Shown in pieces: positions 26,016 to 38,660 of a stretch of DNA of 64,000 nucleotides. Each line of letters opens with the position of its first letter. The stretch's first letter is position 1. The translations under genes were made by a program, and so were the position numbers. Source of the DNA: the human T2T-CHM13v2.0 reference genome, Homo sapiens. Under the pieces are notes generated by a model, which saw only the letters and a program-made list of their open reading frames with translations, did no database searches and was not told the origin of the DNA. The stretch lies in the NCBI RefSeq assembly GCF_009914755.1, contig NC_060933.1. One strand, given 5' to 3'.

Positions 26016-27594
26016 CCTGTTTCTTTTAGTCTACAACACTTTGTTGTATTCCCCAGCATGGGGGCTTAGGTAGGCCCAGCACACACAACACATTTTTGTG
26101 GGCTTGAGACCCTGCTCCTGCTTCTAAGTCCAAGAGCTGAAGAATGCTGGCTGCCTTAAGCACCTTTGCTTTTCCCTAAACCTATGGGTTAGAGGATCTC
26201 TTGTGTAAACAAATGTCTGCAGGTAGGGGTGCTCAGTGGCAACTCTGTTTGGCCATAGGGGTGTCTGGACAACAGCATATGCAAAATAGGCCAGAGGTAC
26301 AGGGACATTCTATTTGGTATTTCACCCTCCATTTTGCTAAGTCACGTGATGACTTCATTCATGACCCATATGAACTATTTTTTCAAATGTTTGAAGTCAT
26401 AAGACATGAAGAGAGAGAAAAGAACTTGAAAGCTAGAGAAGTAGAAGAAACATTTGAGGCTTTATCATGCTTCAGTTTTCTGTGTTTTAGGCCCATCAGT
26501 TCTTACCTTAAAAATGAGAACATTTTATTAAATTTCCCCAAGTTTCCTTCCAGCCCTACCAATTCATGACTCCGTAGAGTAATTGTCTTATTTTTAGGGA
26601 CAATAAGATCATGTGAGTTTTTCAAAACAAGAACAATAACCTTGTATCAACAAAAAACTCAAAGTGAAAATGAAATATATTTGCATTCGTGGAACCTAAA
26701 ACGTGTAGAAGTACTACAGTAGATAAGTCACTTCTTTTTTATTTTTTTTTCCAAATTGAAATATAGGAGTTCTGCTTCTGATTGTGATGAAATAGTTTGT
26801 AGCAGACCAATGTTCTTGCCCAGAGCCACTGAAAAAGCCAGATAAAATGTAAGAAGCTGTTGAAATGCCCTGAAGAGCCATAGAGGCAGCTCCCAGGAGC
26901 CACTTCCTTAGAGCCCACATCCGAGAGGAGTGTGTGGCATGAAGAGGAGCTTTAATGGGCTGCTTGTTACTTTGGAACATCTGTTAATTTTGGCAGATGG
27001 GGCAAGAGGCCGAGAACATCACCATCTTGGACAGAAGCAGGCTGTGGAGAGGCCCAGAAGCCAGCAGAGCTTTCAGAAATCTCACAGACCTAAAAACAGA
27101 CTTTGGACCTAAGGACTGGGGAGATGGGGACAGCATTTGCAGAGAACAGGGTGGGAAGGAGGGGGGCAGTGAAGACAAGCATTTGCTGAACTCTTCACCT
27201 GAATGGTAACAAGACTAAGAATTAACAGGAAGCTGCAGGAGATGCAAAAACAACTGTAGTACATAACGGGGAGAACCGTAAGTTATGAGTTCATTGGATA
27301 CTCTCTAGAGGGGAGTCCTGTGTGACCTCTCCCCAGAAGCCATGCTGCATGAATGTAAATTGATTACACAAGCCGTTGTAAGTCATGGATATCTTGCTTG
27401 AAGTATTCCACAGATAGATATTCTCCAAGCAAATATTATTAGTCTTTTTGCCCCAAAGCCCAGAATTATGCCTTAATTTATTTCCTCTAGGACCTTCCCT
27501 TCACCCTCCCATAATAGAGGGAAAAATGCAACACAGCCCAACTGCTTTAATTATGTTCTTCATGGTGTTTCAGGGGGAAACTCAAACCAGACCA

Positions 27595-27760
27595 CTTGGG
27601 TTTTGAACCTGGCACTCCATGTGAATTTAGGCATGTTACTTTCAGATGTGCTACATCTGAAAAAAAAGCAATAGTACATACATAGTAGAATTGTTATGAG
27701 CATTAAATGAATTTTGTTAGCTTTGCACACCGTAAGCACTCATTCAGTATTTATTACCGC
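27595..27760 (+). mobile_element. MIR SINE
   Basis: ttgttatgagcattaaatga...taagcactcattcagtatttatt. Confidence 0.6.
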
Positions 27761-28974
27761 TGTTATTGGCTTATCTGAATTAATACCAATATCAAGTAGA
27801 AGCAGCATAAGCGCGTTTAGCAAAAGCACAACCAGTTCTTGGGAAACCTAAATTGAGGGCTTCATGGGTATTGATGTGGAAATATACCCAGACTGTGAAT
27901 GCCATTAGCATAGTCCTTCAAGTCCTTCACCCATGTAAGCTGGATATGTTCAGATAAGTGTTTGCGATGCTCCAGCCAGATGTAGGAAGGGCAGCTGGTG
28001 AGTCCTGGAGAACATCGTCCTGGCACCATCAGGGCTTTAGATGTGGCATGGGCTTTCTTGCCAACTCGTCTGGTGTCCTCAGCTGGCAGGAGGATCTGGC
28101 TGTGTGCAGGGCCCTTCTGCCCACTGCACACCTCTGTGTTAATATCCTTCACACTAAGCACACCATTCAGCTGCTGAAGTCCATGCCTGTGAGTCCAACA
28201 AAGTAGGTGCATGTCAGCATCCAGGAGCTCTACAAGGATAGGACAACAGCAGCCCAGCTAGTTGGAACACAGGTGTGCAAGCATCTCAGAGGACCAGTGG
28301 GGCATCTGACTGGGTTGGTTGAGTGGAAGGCAATCCAGAATGTGGCTACTGTAGCTGCTTTCTTTTTTCTTTCTTTCCATTATAGAAGTTACAATACTTG
28401 CTGAAAAAGAAAATCATGTAATAATCAAAAGCATAAAGAAGCAAATTAAAATTACCTTTAATTCTACCATCCAGTGGGTCTGTTTTCTGAAAACGTGATT
28501 CATTTTGGTTTCTAAACTGTTTGTAGTACTAGAGTTTTTACTTTGTTTTTGTTTTTCAAAATCATGGCAAATGAATGCATGAAAATTTATCCCTAGATTC
28601 CAAACTTCCAGTAATTAAATGTATGTGTCTTTTCTGCAATACAATTCATCCAAGGTGAATAAAAAATTGACAGTGATTTTGGTAACACATCAAACGGCAG
28701 GTCATTTGTAATACATTCAGTGGCCCCCTTGCCCCTGTTCTCTCAAAGGAATTTCAGTCTTGCCTTGGTCAGAATTAAAAGGTAGATAAGCTGTCAACCT
28801 ACAAGCTTCCTGGTCTAATTAATTTGGGGACAGCAATGCTGTGAGACAGTAATAAGCATCTGTTTTCTTTTTCCATTTTCTCATGAGGTTATCAATTCCT
28901 TTTTCTGTACATGTCAACTGCAAACCTGAGAATAGACTTCAAGGGAAAATTTGGAACAATGCATACTTTCTAAA

Positions 28975-29098
28975 TAAAAAAAAAAGAAATGAAAAATGAA
29001 GAAAGGAAGAAAAAGGAAGGAAGGGAGGAAGGAAGGGAGGGAGGAAGGAAGGAAGGAAGGAGAAACAAAAAGAAGAAAGAAATAAAAGAAAGAAAGAG
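28975..29098. repeat. Purine-rich (GGAA)n/(GAAA)n tract
   Basis: Almost pure A/G for about 120 bp. Confidence 0.9.
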
Positions 29099-29883
29099 CA
29101 GATGCAACGCTGCTCATTTCTTCTTTCAATATTTCATATTTAAAGTGAAATCTGCTGCTTTTTACTGTGCATATTTGTTCTTTGACCACACTAGTGTTTT
29201 GCAAAACTTAAATTATTTGGATTTTAGAAACAACAACTAGGTCACCATGGATGCTACACTATTTCTTTTCCCAAATATTCATTTCCCTTACAAAGTGGCA
29301 ATTCGCATAAATTGTAATGTTGGAAGTACACAGACTTGAGATTGGAAGGGAGTGAAGTTGCTCAAAGTCGTTTAAGTTGTTGATTTTATCTCCTAGGACT
29401 TCTACGTTCTGTCCTCCTGCAGCCATCTAAAATCAGCCAGAAAGGTTTAGGATCCCATTTCCTGTTCTTGCATCGGCTGTCCAAGCTGCTGTTCCTCTCT
29501 CCGCAGTAAGAGGGTGTTTCTCTCCCTGTTCAAGAGGAGCACCAACACTTGAGGTTTGGATTCCATCTTTTCCTGCCCCTTCTGCAACATTATCTTCTCT
29601 GCCCAGTAGTAACAGCCTCTGCCATAGCTAAAGACAGACCAGAAAGAACTCTCCTGAGAACTCATACCCCTTCATAGGTACATCCCCTCCCCTCTCCTTC
29701 CCTTTAGGGACCTTCAAAAGCAGCTATTTTGTTCTCCTCTTTCACTTTGATCCTTTATTTCTAGCTCTGTAATATACTGTTTTTGTCTCCACCATTCCAC
29801 TACAAACTAGAAGTTTAGACTCCAGAAGTTCTTCAAGAGCTTTTTATGTTGATTTTATATATTTTTTCTATTAATCAATCTAG

Positions 29884-29909
29884 ACACACACACACACACA
29901 CACACACAC
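29884..29909. repeat. (AC)13 microsatellite
   Basis: Direct read. Confidence 0.95.
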
Positions 29910-29929
29910 TTTTTAGCCATTTGCATTCT

Positions 29930-30290
29930 TGACGTCTTATGTTGATTGCCAATGCTGATGCCTCTCAAATCGAAAACTCATAACCATACTTTTGTTTCAA
30001 GCCCTAGGCCAGTATCCAATTTCTTAGTAGACCTGAGCATCTGGATCTAGACAAGTTAAAACCTAACTCATGATTTCCTCTGTTTGAGTCCACTAGACTT
30101 GCTCCTAAAGCTGACCCTTTACACACATAACTCATATGTGGTGAGTAAAGCCACCATCCCACCTGCTGTTCAATAACACACCTCAGGGTGATTCTAGGTG
30201 CTGCTCCCTAGCCTCTCGATTCCATCAGTCACTCACCCAACCCTACGGATTCTGTTCTAAAATATCTCACTTTATTACTTTATTACGGGT
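29930..30290 (+). mobile_element. L2 fragment
   Basis: gctgatgcctctcaaatc...tatccaatttcttagtagacct...gccaccatcccacctgctg. Confidence 0.5.
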
Positions 30291-30309
30291 TCCCACCCTT
30301 TCTTACCAT

Positions 30310-30950
30310 TCACATTTTAAAAAACCATTTACAATAACCATGACATACAACACTCAAGAAAATAGCATAAAATTCACATATATATTAGGTTGGTGCAAAT
30401 GTAATCATGTTTTTGTTTTTTGTTTTTTTTTTTTTTTTTGCACCAACCTCATAGTATATCAGAAACAGCCAAGTAACCGGTCCTCAGGTCAAGCAAAAGA
30501 ACATTCCTCGAATTCTGGAAGGTTCTGAGTTTTCTCTTCTGGGTAACATCCTCTTCCTCCTTCTGAAGGCAATCCCTAGACCAGTTTAAGAGTGATCACT
30601 TCTTTACTTTTCTCCTAGTTTCCTCTCTGACACGTGCCCTGAATTTCCCTCTCTGTGAACGGTATGTATTCTCTTCCTTCATTTTCATTTCATTTTATTT
30701 TTTCATTCACAGTTATGAGTTTGAGATTCATCTATGCAGCGAAGCACAGTCGTTGTTGTGTAGGGTTCCATGGCATTAATACAGAGCATGCTTTTTTCCC
30801 ATTTGTCACTTGGGGTACACTAGGTCGTTCCTAGTTTAGAGTGGATCATAACACCACTGCCTTCAGGACGCACTGCAGTTCCACTCCCTGGTATGTGTCT
30901 GAGAAACCTAGGGTGCATTCCTTGGAGTGGGATCCCAATCTCAATTGGGG
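30310..30950 (-). mobile_element. Old L1ME-type 3' fragment (hosts MADE1)
   Basis: ttatgagtttgagattcatctatgc and flanking L1M 3' UTR pattern. Confidence 0.5.
30385..30451. mobile_element. MADE1 (Hsmar1-derived MITE) with degenerate centre
   Basis: TIRs ttaggttggtgcaaa ... tttgcaccaacctca, flanked by TA on both sides. Confidence 0.88.
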
Positions 30951-32822
30951 ATGGTCCCAATTACCTACCCTACCACTACCTGCAGTGGAAGTACAGCATG
31001 AATTCCTAAGTGATTTCTGCAATAGCAAATGAATCCTTCTCTTTTTCCTTTCACCTTCGATGTCAAGGATCTTCCCAAGGTGCAGATCTGATGATGCCAC
31101 CCTTCTGCATTGCATCTTTTTAATGACTGCCCTGCACCCTTGGACGATATTTATATTTTCTAGCAATGGCATTTAGGACTGATTGTGATCAGAGATCTGT
31201 CCTCCAATCCAGACTCCCACCTTGCCATTTGCTTACCTTGGCGGTATACAGCACCCTTACAGAAGTGCTCCCAGCTACTGCAACATGAAAGCATGTCTTC
31301 AAGAGCTGACCCTTTTACACACTACCCTTCATTTGTATGAAATCCTTAGGGAAGACATTCCCTTATCTCCAGCCTGAGTGCAGTGCAAGTCCCCAGGATT
31401 CTGAAATCTCTCCAGGCATTCATTTATTATAGCAGCTATCAAGTTGTATTGAAAGTATCTGTTTACATTGAATTCATTCATATCCTGCCTTCTTACACAA
31501 AAGGGTTGGATAGATGAAATACAATAGAGATGGAACCATATAAGCAGATAAGTGTAGCTAGACTACAGTTTAAAGAGGCGAACATTGGAAATTAGACAGA
31601 CAAGCTATGGGATTTCATGTGGTCATTAAAATTGGGTCCCAGAAAGACACTAAGGACAGGGACCACAAAGCAGGTGTGCACCTTCACCAGATGGTGGGAA
31701 TGGGGGCTGTGTATTCCATCTCTAAATTCCCAGTGCCTGACACCTCCTCAGAGCATTAGGATCACGTGGGTGTTGAAGTGGATGCCCAGGTAACAGGCAC
31801 CTTTAGAATTGCCATGACCTCATTCGTGTGCTGCAGAATGATGCTGGTGTACATGGCTAGACGACTGAAGTATTTGGAAGAACGAGTGCCATTTACAATC
31901 TGCAATTGCTAACTAAACTGTCTATAGGGACAATCCATCATCAGCTGTCACAAAGACTGAGCAGGCTTAGGAGGTGGGAGCAGCTAACAGGGCAATGATG
32001 GAGGGCCTTTGAAAATTAAATAAACACGAAGAAAAATTTAAACAGTCAGCTAAAATAACTCTTGTTGTTCTTAAATATTTAGAGCTTCCAGTTTTATAAC
32101 TTTTTCCACAAGGTTAGAAGAAGAACACTCAGGATTTAGGAATCTGTCTAATAATAAGTGTCTTCAATGACTTAGGGAGGATGGGCAGGTAGAAAGTGAT
32201 TTGTTTTGAGACCAGCATCCTAAACTAGGTTCATTCACAACCATTGTCTGAGAGGCTGCCATTCACACAGAATAGATGCCAGGGAGGAGCAGCTCCTGGA
32301 AACTGCATCCCCTTCCTTCCATCTGCTCACCAAGTCCTGACCACATTATGGGGACCAACAGAATTTACCCTGCCTTGTTCCCTTCAAATGTGATTTGGGA
32401 AATCAGGAAATTTTTATCTGGAGCCAGTAAGAGACGGTTTTATTTATTCTGATTTCTCTTGGGAGATGCATTCGATGGAAGACATCAATATTCTTTTATA
32501 TCGTGCAGCCCGACATGCTAAAGTCTTGTTAATGAACACTTTCCCATCTGGCAGTTTCTCCGTAGCAGTTCCATGCCTGGTGGTGATGGAAAGGTTTCTC
32601 AGAACACTTAGGTTTTTTCAGCCAGCCAGACAAATAGCATCCTGTAGGCTTACTTAAAATTTGTTTTTTGGTTATATTGCTGTAACAGGTGAGTCTTAAA
32701 TCCCCAAATTCTAAGAAAATAAAGCCTGAGGGCAAGGAGGACATGTTTGACACCATAGCTCACTTAAAGGTAAACCAAAATATGCCTGGAGAACAAAACA
32801 GAAACTGAGCATTACCTTAGAA

Positions 32823-32960
32823 TAATTATTATTATTATTATTATTGAGACAAGGTTTTGCCATGTCGCCCAGGCTGGAGTGTGCTGGCGCTATCAGTGTT
32901 CATGGCAGCCTCAACCTCCTGGACACAAGTGTTCCTCCCACCTCAGACTCCCAGGTAGCT
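32823..32960 (-). mobile_element. AluJ/FRAM 3' fragment with (ATT)n tail
   Basis: gagacaaggttttgccatgtcgcccaggctgg...gcagcctcaacctcctgg. Confidence 0.85.
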
Positions 32961-33718
32961 TCCCTTTAGGATTTAAAGAAAAATGCTGAGTTAATAGATG
33001 GCATGAAGAAGGCCAGGATTACTCTGGAACACATCACCCTGAGCCTTCACAACAGCATGGGCTCTTCTGGTGGACACCACCTGGCTCCTGCTCAGCATGA
33101 TAGGAGCCACATGACTGAGTTCAGCATTCAGACTGATCAATCCCATCTGTGGCTCACATGCCTCATCCCCATCTACATCCATCCCCAATAGACGTCCGAG
33201 GGTGCTACTCCAAATGTCATGCCCCCAAGTCCTGTGCAAGTTCTCATCTGACCCTACGGTGCATCCCTCCCCTCCACCCCCATCTTCTGGCCAGCCTGAG
33301 TACAGTGCATGTCCCCAGGATTCTGCCCTGTGTCCAATCAAGTTTTCCTCTGATCTTTGCTCTCACCTTTTGACACCTGGCTGTTCTCTGGGAACATTCT
33401 GTCACTGCAGATGCAGGGTTTTTTTCTCACACACTGCCTATATCAGGATTAGGAAGTGGAGTTGGTTTCTCCTCTTTCTTATATTCCTTCCAAACCTTTC
33501 TTCTCCCTCTCTCCTAACCAGAAGTCCCTGATGCTCAAGGATGTGTGTCACTGGCCTCTGCCGTCCCCTGCCCTGGTCATTGCCACTGTCTCCTTACTTG
33601 GTCCTTCTCAGTCATTTCAGACACTAGATCCAGCCACAGCTTTGTGCACACTCCATCCTGATCATGATCTACATTCTGATCATCATCTACACTGTTGTTT
33701 CCAACCTCATGGATGCCT

Positions 33719-33848
33719 AGGGTGGCCATATGTCATGGTTTCTCTAGGAGTGTCCCGGCTTAGGCCTATTGTCCTGAAGTAATTATCATCGGCACCACTT
33801 TCATTCTCATGCCTCCCCATTTGGAAGATAAATTATAGTGGTGGTCTT
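33719..33848 (-). mobile_element. MER94-type hAT-Blackjack relic
   Basis: agggtggccatatgtc...gtcccggctt...ttggaagataaattata matches the recalled MER94 reverse consensus. Confidence 0.7.
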
Positions 33849-34344
33849 GTGGTCGGCCAGATATCTACTCCTCTGTCACTGCTTTCTCTTCATCTATGTT
33901 CTCCTCCCTCCCACTTCCACCAGTCACTCCTCCATCATATCTGGGATCTTGGGCTTACCAATATATAAGATCTCAACTCTGAGCATTCAAAACATGAGTG
34001 TTACCTCCTATTCTTTCAATTCCAAAGCAATTTAAACTTCACTGAGATCTTCCATTTGACAATCCCTTCACTCCCTCTGTGGACTGTCATTACAATCAAC
34101 TTCCCGATGCCCTCTACTCCAGTAGAATTCCCTGCCAAACCCTAACCTGCTTTAGTGTAAGTATCTTTCTTCCTTCTGTCTGTGTCCAAGCAGAACTTGA
34201 TTTTAAAAGTATCAATCACTCAACCGGACTGACTGGTTTCATCTTAAATCATGACTATAAATCTCAAATGAGCAATGATTCTACAGACCAATCCTATTCA
34301 GGTTCCCCCAATTGCAGTCTGCCAGTGTGTCAGGCAGTGGTCTT

Positions 34345-35200
34345 GAAGACAGAGAAATAGAATTTACCTCATCTGAACGACAGAAAGAAAATAGATTAGA
34401 AAAAAGAAAATGAAGAGAGCCTCAGGAACCTGTGGGACTCTGACAGAAGATCCAACATTCATATTTTGGGAGTCTCAGAAGGAAAGGAGACCATGAGGCT
34501 GAATGAGTATTCAGGGACATAAGGTTTATATATTTTGCCAAATTTGGGGACTTTCTGCTGTTGTGTGTTTGAATACTCTTTCTTTGTTTACATATTTTGT
34601 TCAGCTTTTTGAACAAATCCCAAATAGAGTACACCTAAAGAAATCCATGCCAAGACACGTCATAATTATACTTTTGAAATCCAAAGACACAGAAGAAACT
34701 CTTAAAAGCAGAGAGAGAGAAATGACACATCAGTTGTAGGAAAACACCCACTCAAATGACAGCAGATTTCTCATCAGAAACCACAGAGGCCAGAAGAAAG
34801 TGGTACAGCATTTTTCAAGGGCTGAAAGAAAAGGATTGTCAATAATGAAGTCTAAACCCACTGAAATTATCCTTCGGGAAAATAAAGACGTTTTCCTATA
34901 AAGGACAACTAAAAAAATTGTCTCTAAAAGACCTACCCCAAGTGATTGATAAAGGTAGCTCTTCAAGCAGAAAGGAAAAGCTGAAACGAAGAATCTTGGA
35001 GTTATCGGAAAGGAGGAAGGAACAGTGGAAAAGGCAGGTAGACGGAGACACAAACGAGACTAGGCTTTTATCTGTGAGTTTTAGAAACCATATTTGATGA
35101 GTGAAACGAACATAACACTATCTGATACTCAAGATGATATTTAAAAATGGGACCATAAAGAGGCCTAAATGGAAGTTAGGTTTCCACATTTCACTTGAAG
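34345..35200 (+). mobile_element. Old L1M ORF1 fragment with an internal scrambled inversion
   Basis: + frame MPRHVIIILLKSKDTEETLK is ORF1; the adjacent PNLAKYINL motif lies on the minus strand. Confidence 0.85.
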
Positions 35201-36087
35201 TCATAAAATACAAAATCTAATATTACTCATTAAAAAACAACAGCAGCAAAAGAAAACCTCCTGTCTCAACCTCACCTTCCCCTTCACTACTTTTTCATCT
35301 CTCTGACATTTTGCAGCAATGCTTCTTAGAAGAGCTTCACTCACCATCCCACCCTGATTTTGTTTCCCTTCATACCACTCCATCCAAAAGGATCTTTTCA
35401 AAGTCCTTTGCAATTCTGGCAAGAATAGACAGCTGATATTTTCCAAATTGTCTTTGAGTAATCAAAGGCATTTTCCTGTCAGCTCTCTCTGATGTCAGGA
35501 TTATTCAGAATATGTATTTTCTGAGTCATCCTCCCTCACTGCCTTTGGTTCCTTGACAATGGAGCTATACACGTTAAAGCACAAATACTCCTAATATTTC
35601 ACATGCTGGCTTGGATTTCATCATTCCTAACAATTTTCTACCTTGAAATTAAAACCTGCTTACATCTACTAAAGGCTCAGTTTTAAAACAGCACTTGAAC
35701 CAGACAGTCAGTCCTGTGGGGAATGACATAATTGCCCAAAGAACCAAGCCACAACCTTTTTACTGTACAAAGAGTGAACATTTGCAAGGGTTAAGACTTG
35801 TTCTATTTTCACTCTTAATTTTTTTGATGCTACACAAAATTATGGCACTCCCAGATATGGTGCAAAATTAGAGTCTTCTTATTTTTTCTTATGTTGACAG
35901 AACTTTGAACTGAGCTATTTTGAGTTCAGTATTTTGAGTATTTCAAGATCAGTTTCAATTTGTAAAGATGCACATCTCAGTACAGAGCAACCTCCAGAGG
36001 AATGAGACCCATCTAAAGTTTAGGAATCCTGTTTTGCCCAAACACAATGAAAAGGAAAGGAAATGAGAATATATGGGTATATGTATG

Positions 36088-36090
<3 letters not shown>

Positions 36091-36142
<52 letters not shown>
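36091..36142. repeat. (TG)20(AG)6 compound microsatellite
   Basis: Direct read. Confidence 0.95.
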
Positions 36143-36143
<1 letters not shown>

Positions 36144-36184
36144 AGCAAATTAGAATGAAAAGATGCACTTGAAAAAATCCATTG

Positions 36185-36310
36185 GCCTGACTTTAAATGT
36201 TCACTCAAGCAAGTCACGTAGCTCCTCTGAGCCTCCTGTGTGAAATAAGAGGATAATGCCAATCTTGCAGGATTATGGGGATGTTGTCCATGTTGATCAC
36301 AAAACCTTGC
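36185..36310 (+). mobile_element. MIR fragment
   Basis: gcaagtcacgtagctcctctgagcctc...gataatgccaatcttgcaggattatgggg. Confidence 0.55.
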
Positions 36311-37519
36311 TGACCTCTGTTCTCCATGAGGAAGACTCAAAGACTTGCTATTTCTGGCTTTGTTGGGGTGTTGGGGTGCCACATGACTCATTGTGGTCAT
36401 GAGATAGGAGCAGAGAGCACCTCAAGGATGTGCATTTGATTTTCAATGTGAGGTCACACAGAGCTCTTTGGCCTGCCACATGGCCAGCATTCAAACTGGG
36501 GCCTTTTGGCCTGGCCTCTGAGCAGCAGTGATGAGCAGGGAGCCTTGGCGATGTGCATTGTCATGTTCCATGGGCTGGAATTAAATTTTGGTTGTTCCAA
36601 ACCCTGAGATGTTCAGTCCTATGTTCCCAAGGCATTATCAAATTTCTGCCATATCAGGTGCCTGTTACAGTGATGGAGGTCAGAGACGCTCATTAGGCAG
36701 GGACGTGACAAATGCTGCTGTTGCTCTTGCTGTGAAATCCGGTCTTACTGATTCTTCCCTGGCTTTAGGAGAGTGTTGCAAACTCCTCATACCAACCATC
36801 CTCACATAACCCCCTCCTCTTAAAGTCTTTGATGGACCCACATTCATGTGAAGACAGAGAACCAAGTTGATTTTCCAACAGGCACTGGGAGTCAACCCAA
36901 GTTATTTGCTTATTGGTTGGAGGCGAGTAGCCGTAACCCTCATGGTAAGCCTGTGACAGTGCAAGTTTAGGTAAGATGCCATTGTGGTGTCTCCCTTCTC
37001 TGCCAGACTCCATTCTTGTTGCACTGACATTGCAGTGAGACAGCCCTGAATCCTGTGCTATTGAAGATGTGAGGCCCTCCTAAATGGCCTGCTTTATGGA
37101 AGGTTTTTTGGTACTTCCATCACCACATCCACAGAGAAGGCAATTGTAGGCTAAGGGATCAGGGGCTGTGATACTGCTGGTGCAGTGAGCCGCTCTGCAT
37201 TTCCAAGGCCTTATGCTTGCTATAAACACCATTGTTGCCGGCTCTGCTCTTTGCCAGGGTGCTAATGGTCATGGTGGAAGGCAATGAGCAGACAGGAACC
37301 ACCCCGGCCATGGCTGGCCTTCACTTCCCTCCACCTGCAGAGAGCCACGGACCCTTCTGCTGATGCTGGGAGACCAGCCAGACACCACTGCTGACTCCAC
37401 CCATGCTCCCTCCACTTGTTCACACCTGCCACATGAATCATCCCAGAAAATGACTTCCACATGTCACCTCTGTGTTCCTCTCATGGTTCTCCATGCTTTG
37501 AGAGCACAGGCAAACTCCC

Positions 37520-38010
37520 TGTGTCAGTCAGCTAGGGTTGCTGTGACAGAGCACCACAGCCTGGTGGTTTAAACCACGGAGATTCATCATCTCCCAGCTC
37601 TGGAGGCTGCAAGTCTAAGATCAAGGTGTTGGCAGGGTGGGTTCCTTCTGAGGCTGTGAGAGAGAACCTGCACAGGTCTCTCTTCTGGGGGTTTGCTGGC
37701 AGCCTGTGGGTTCCTTGGCATGTGAACGCATCACCCTGACCTCTGTCTCTGTCTTTGGCATTCTCCGTGTTTGTGTCTGTCCTTGTGTCTGAATTTCCCA
37801 TTTTTTACAAAGACACTAGTAATATTTGATTAACCACCCACCCCTCTGCCCCTGCCCCCGACCAACCCACTTGCCAGGACCTCATTCTAAATTGACTGCA
37901 TTGGCAAAAGCCTATTTCCCAATAAGGTTACATTCTGAGGCACTGGGGGTTAGGACTTCAACATACGTATCTCAGGAGGAGGTGCAGTTCAGCTCAAAAC
38001 ACTCCCACAG
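37520..38010 (-). mobile_element. MLT1B/MLT1C MaLR LTR
   Basis: gctctggaggctgcaagtctaagatcaaggtgttggcaggg...attctgaggcactgggggttaggacttcaacata. Confidence 0.85.
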
Positions 38011-38399
38011 TTGAGCAACCCAGGCTCTCCACCAGGTTTTCCAACCTTCCTTTTCCATCTTATATTCTGAATTCCAATACGCTTTCCCACCACGCCTGTG
38101 GTAGCCAGACTGCTTGAACACTTCCCTGCCTGGGGGTCTAAGCCTTCCTTCTCAGGTCTATCCATCCTTTAACATCTAGCTAAATCACTTTTGTGGAGGG
38201 TTTTGAGATTCCTCCAACCTTGGTGATATGGGTGAGTGCGCTGAATTCAATTTTTTGCATATACAACAGGTTGGGCAGCTACTCACGGGCTTTCTTGCAA
38301 TTATCCTATCTTCCAGGACAGTATCATCCCTAGACCTTGGCAAGAGAGACCACTGAGTGAGGCATCCATGGAACCCAAGGAAGAGGCCTACGAAGAACC

Positions 38400-38660
38400 T
38401 GCAGTCACCTTCTAGACCATTCTCCCTCACCAAACTGTCCCCTCCAGAGAGCTGAGGACTGGATCTTCCCATGCTGACACCTCCAGTGGGAAAGAAAATT
38501 CTAGATTCAGCTCTGGGTGTCCAAGTCATTATGAAGGCATATTTGTCAAGGTGGAAGAAAAGGACATATTCTATTTAGCAGTTTGTAAGTTTGATCGATA
38601 ACTTTAAAATATTTGGACCTATGGTGTGGGTGCCACTTGCCTCTTAATCAGTGTTGGGTA
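38400..38660. mobile_element. Probable hAT-Tip100-type DNA transposon relic
   Basis: ttatgaaggcatatttgtcaaggt...ataactttaaaatatttggacctatggtgtggg recalled from this superfamily; family uncertain. Confidence 0.4.
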
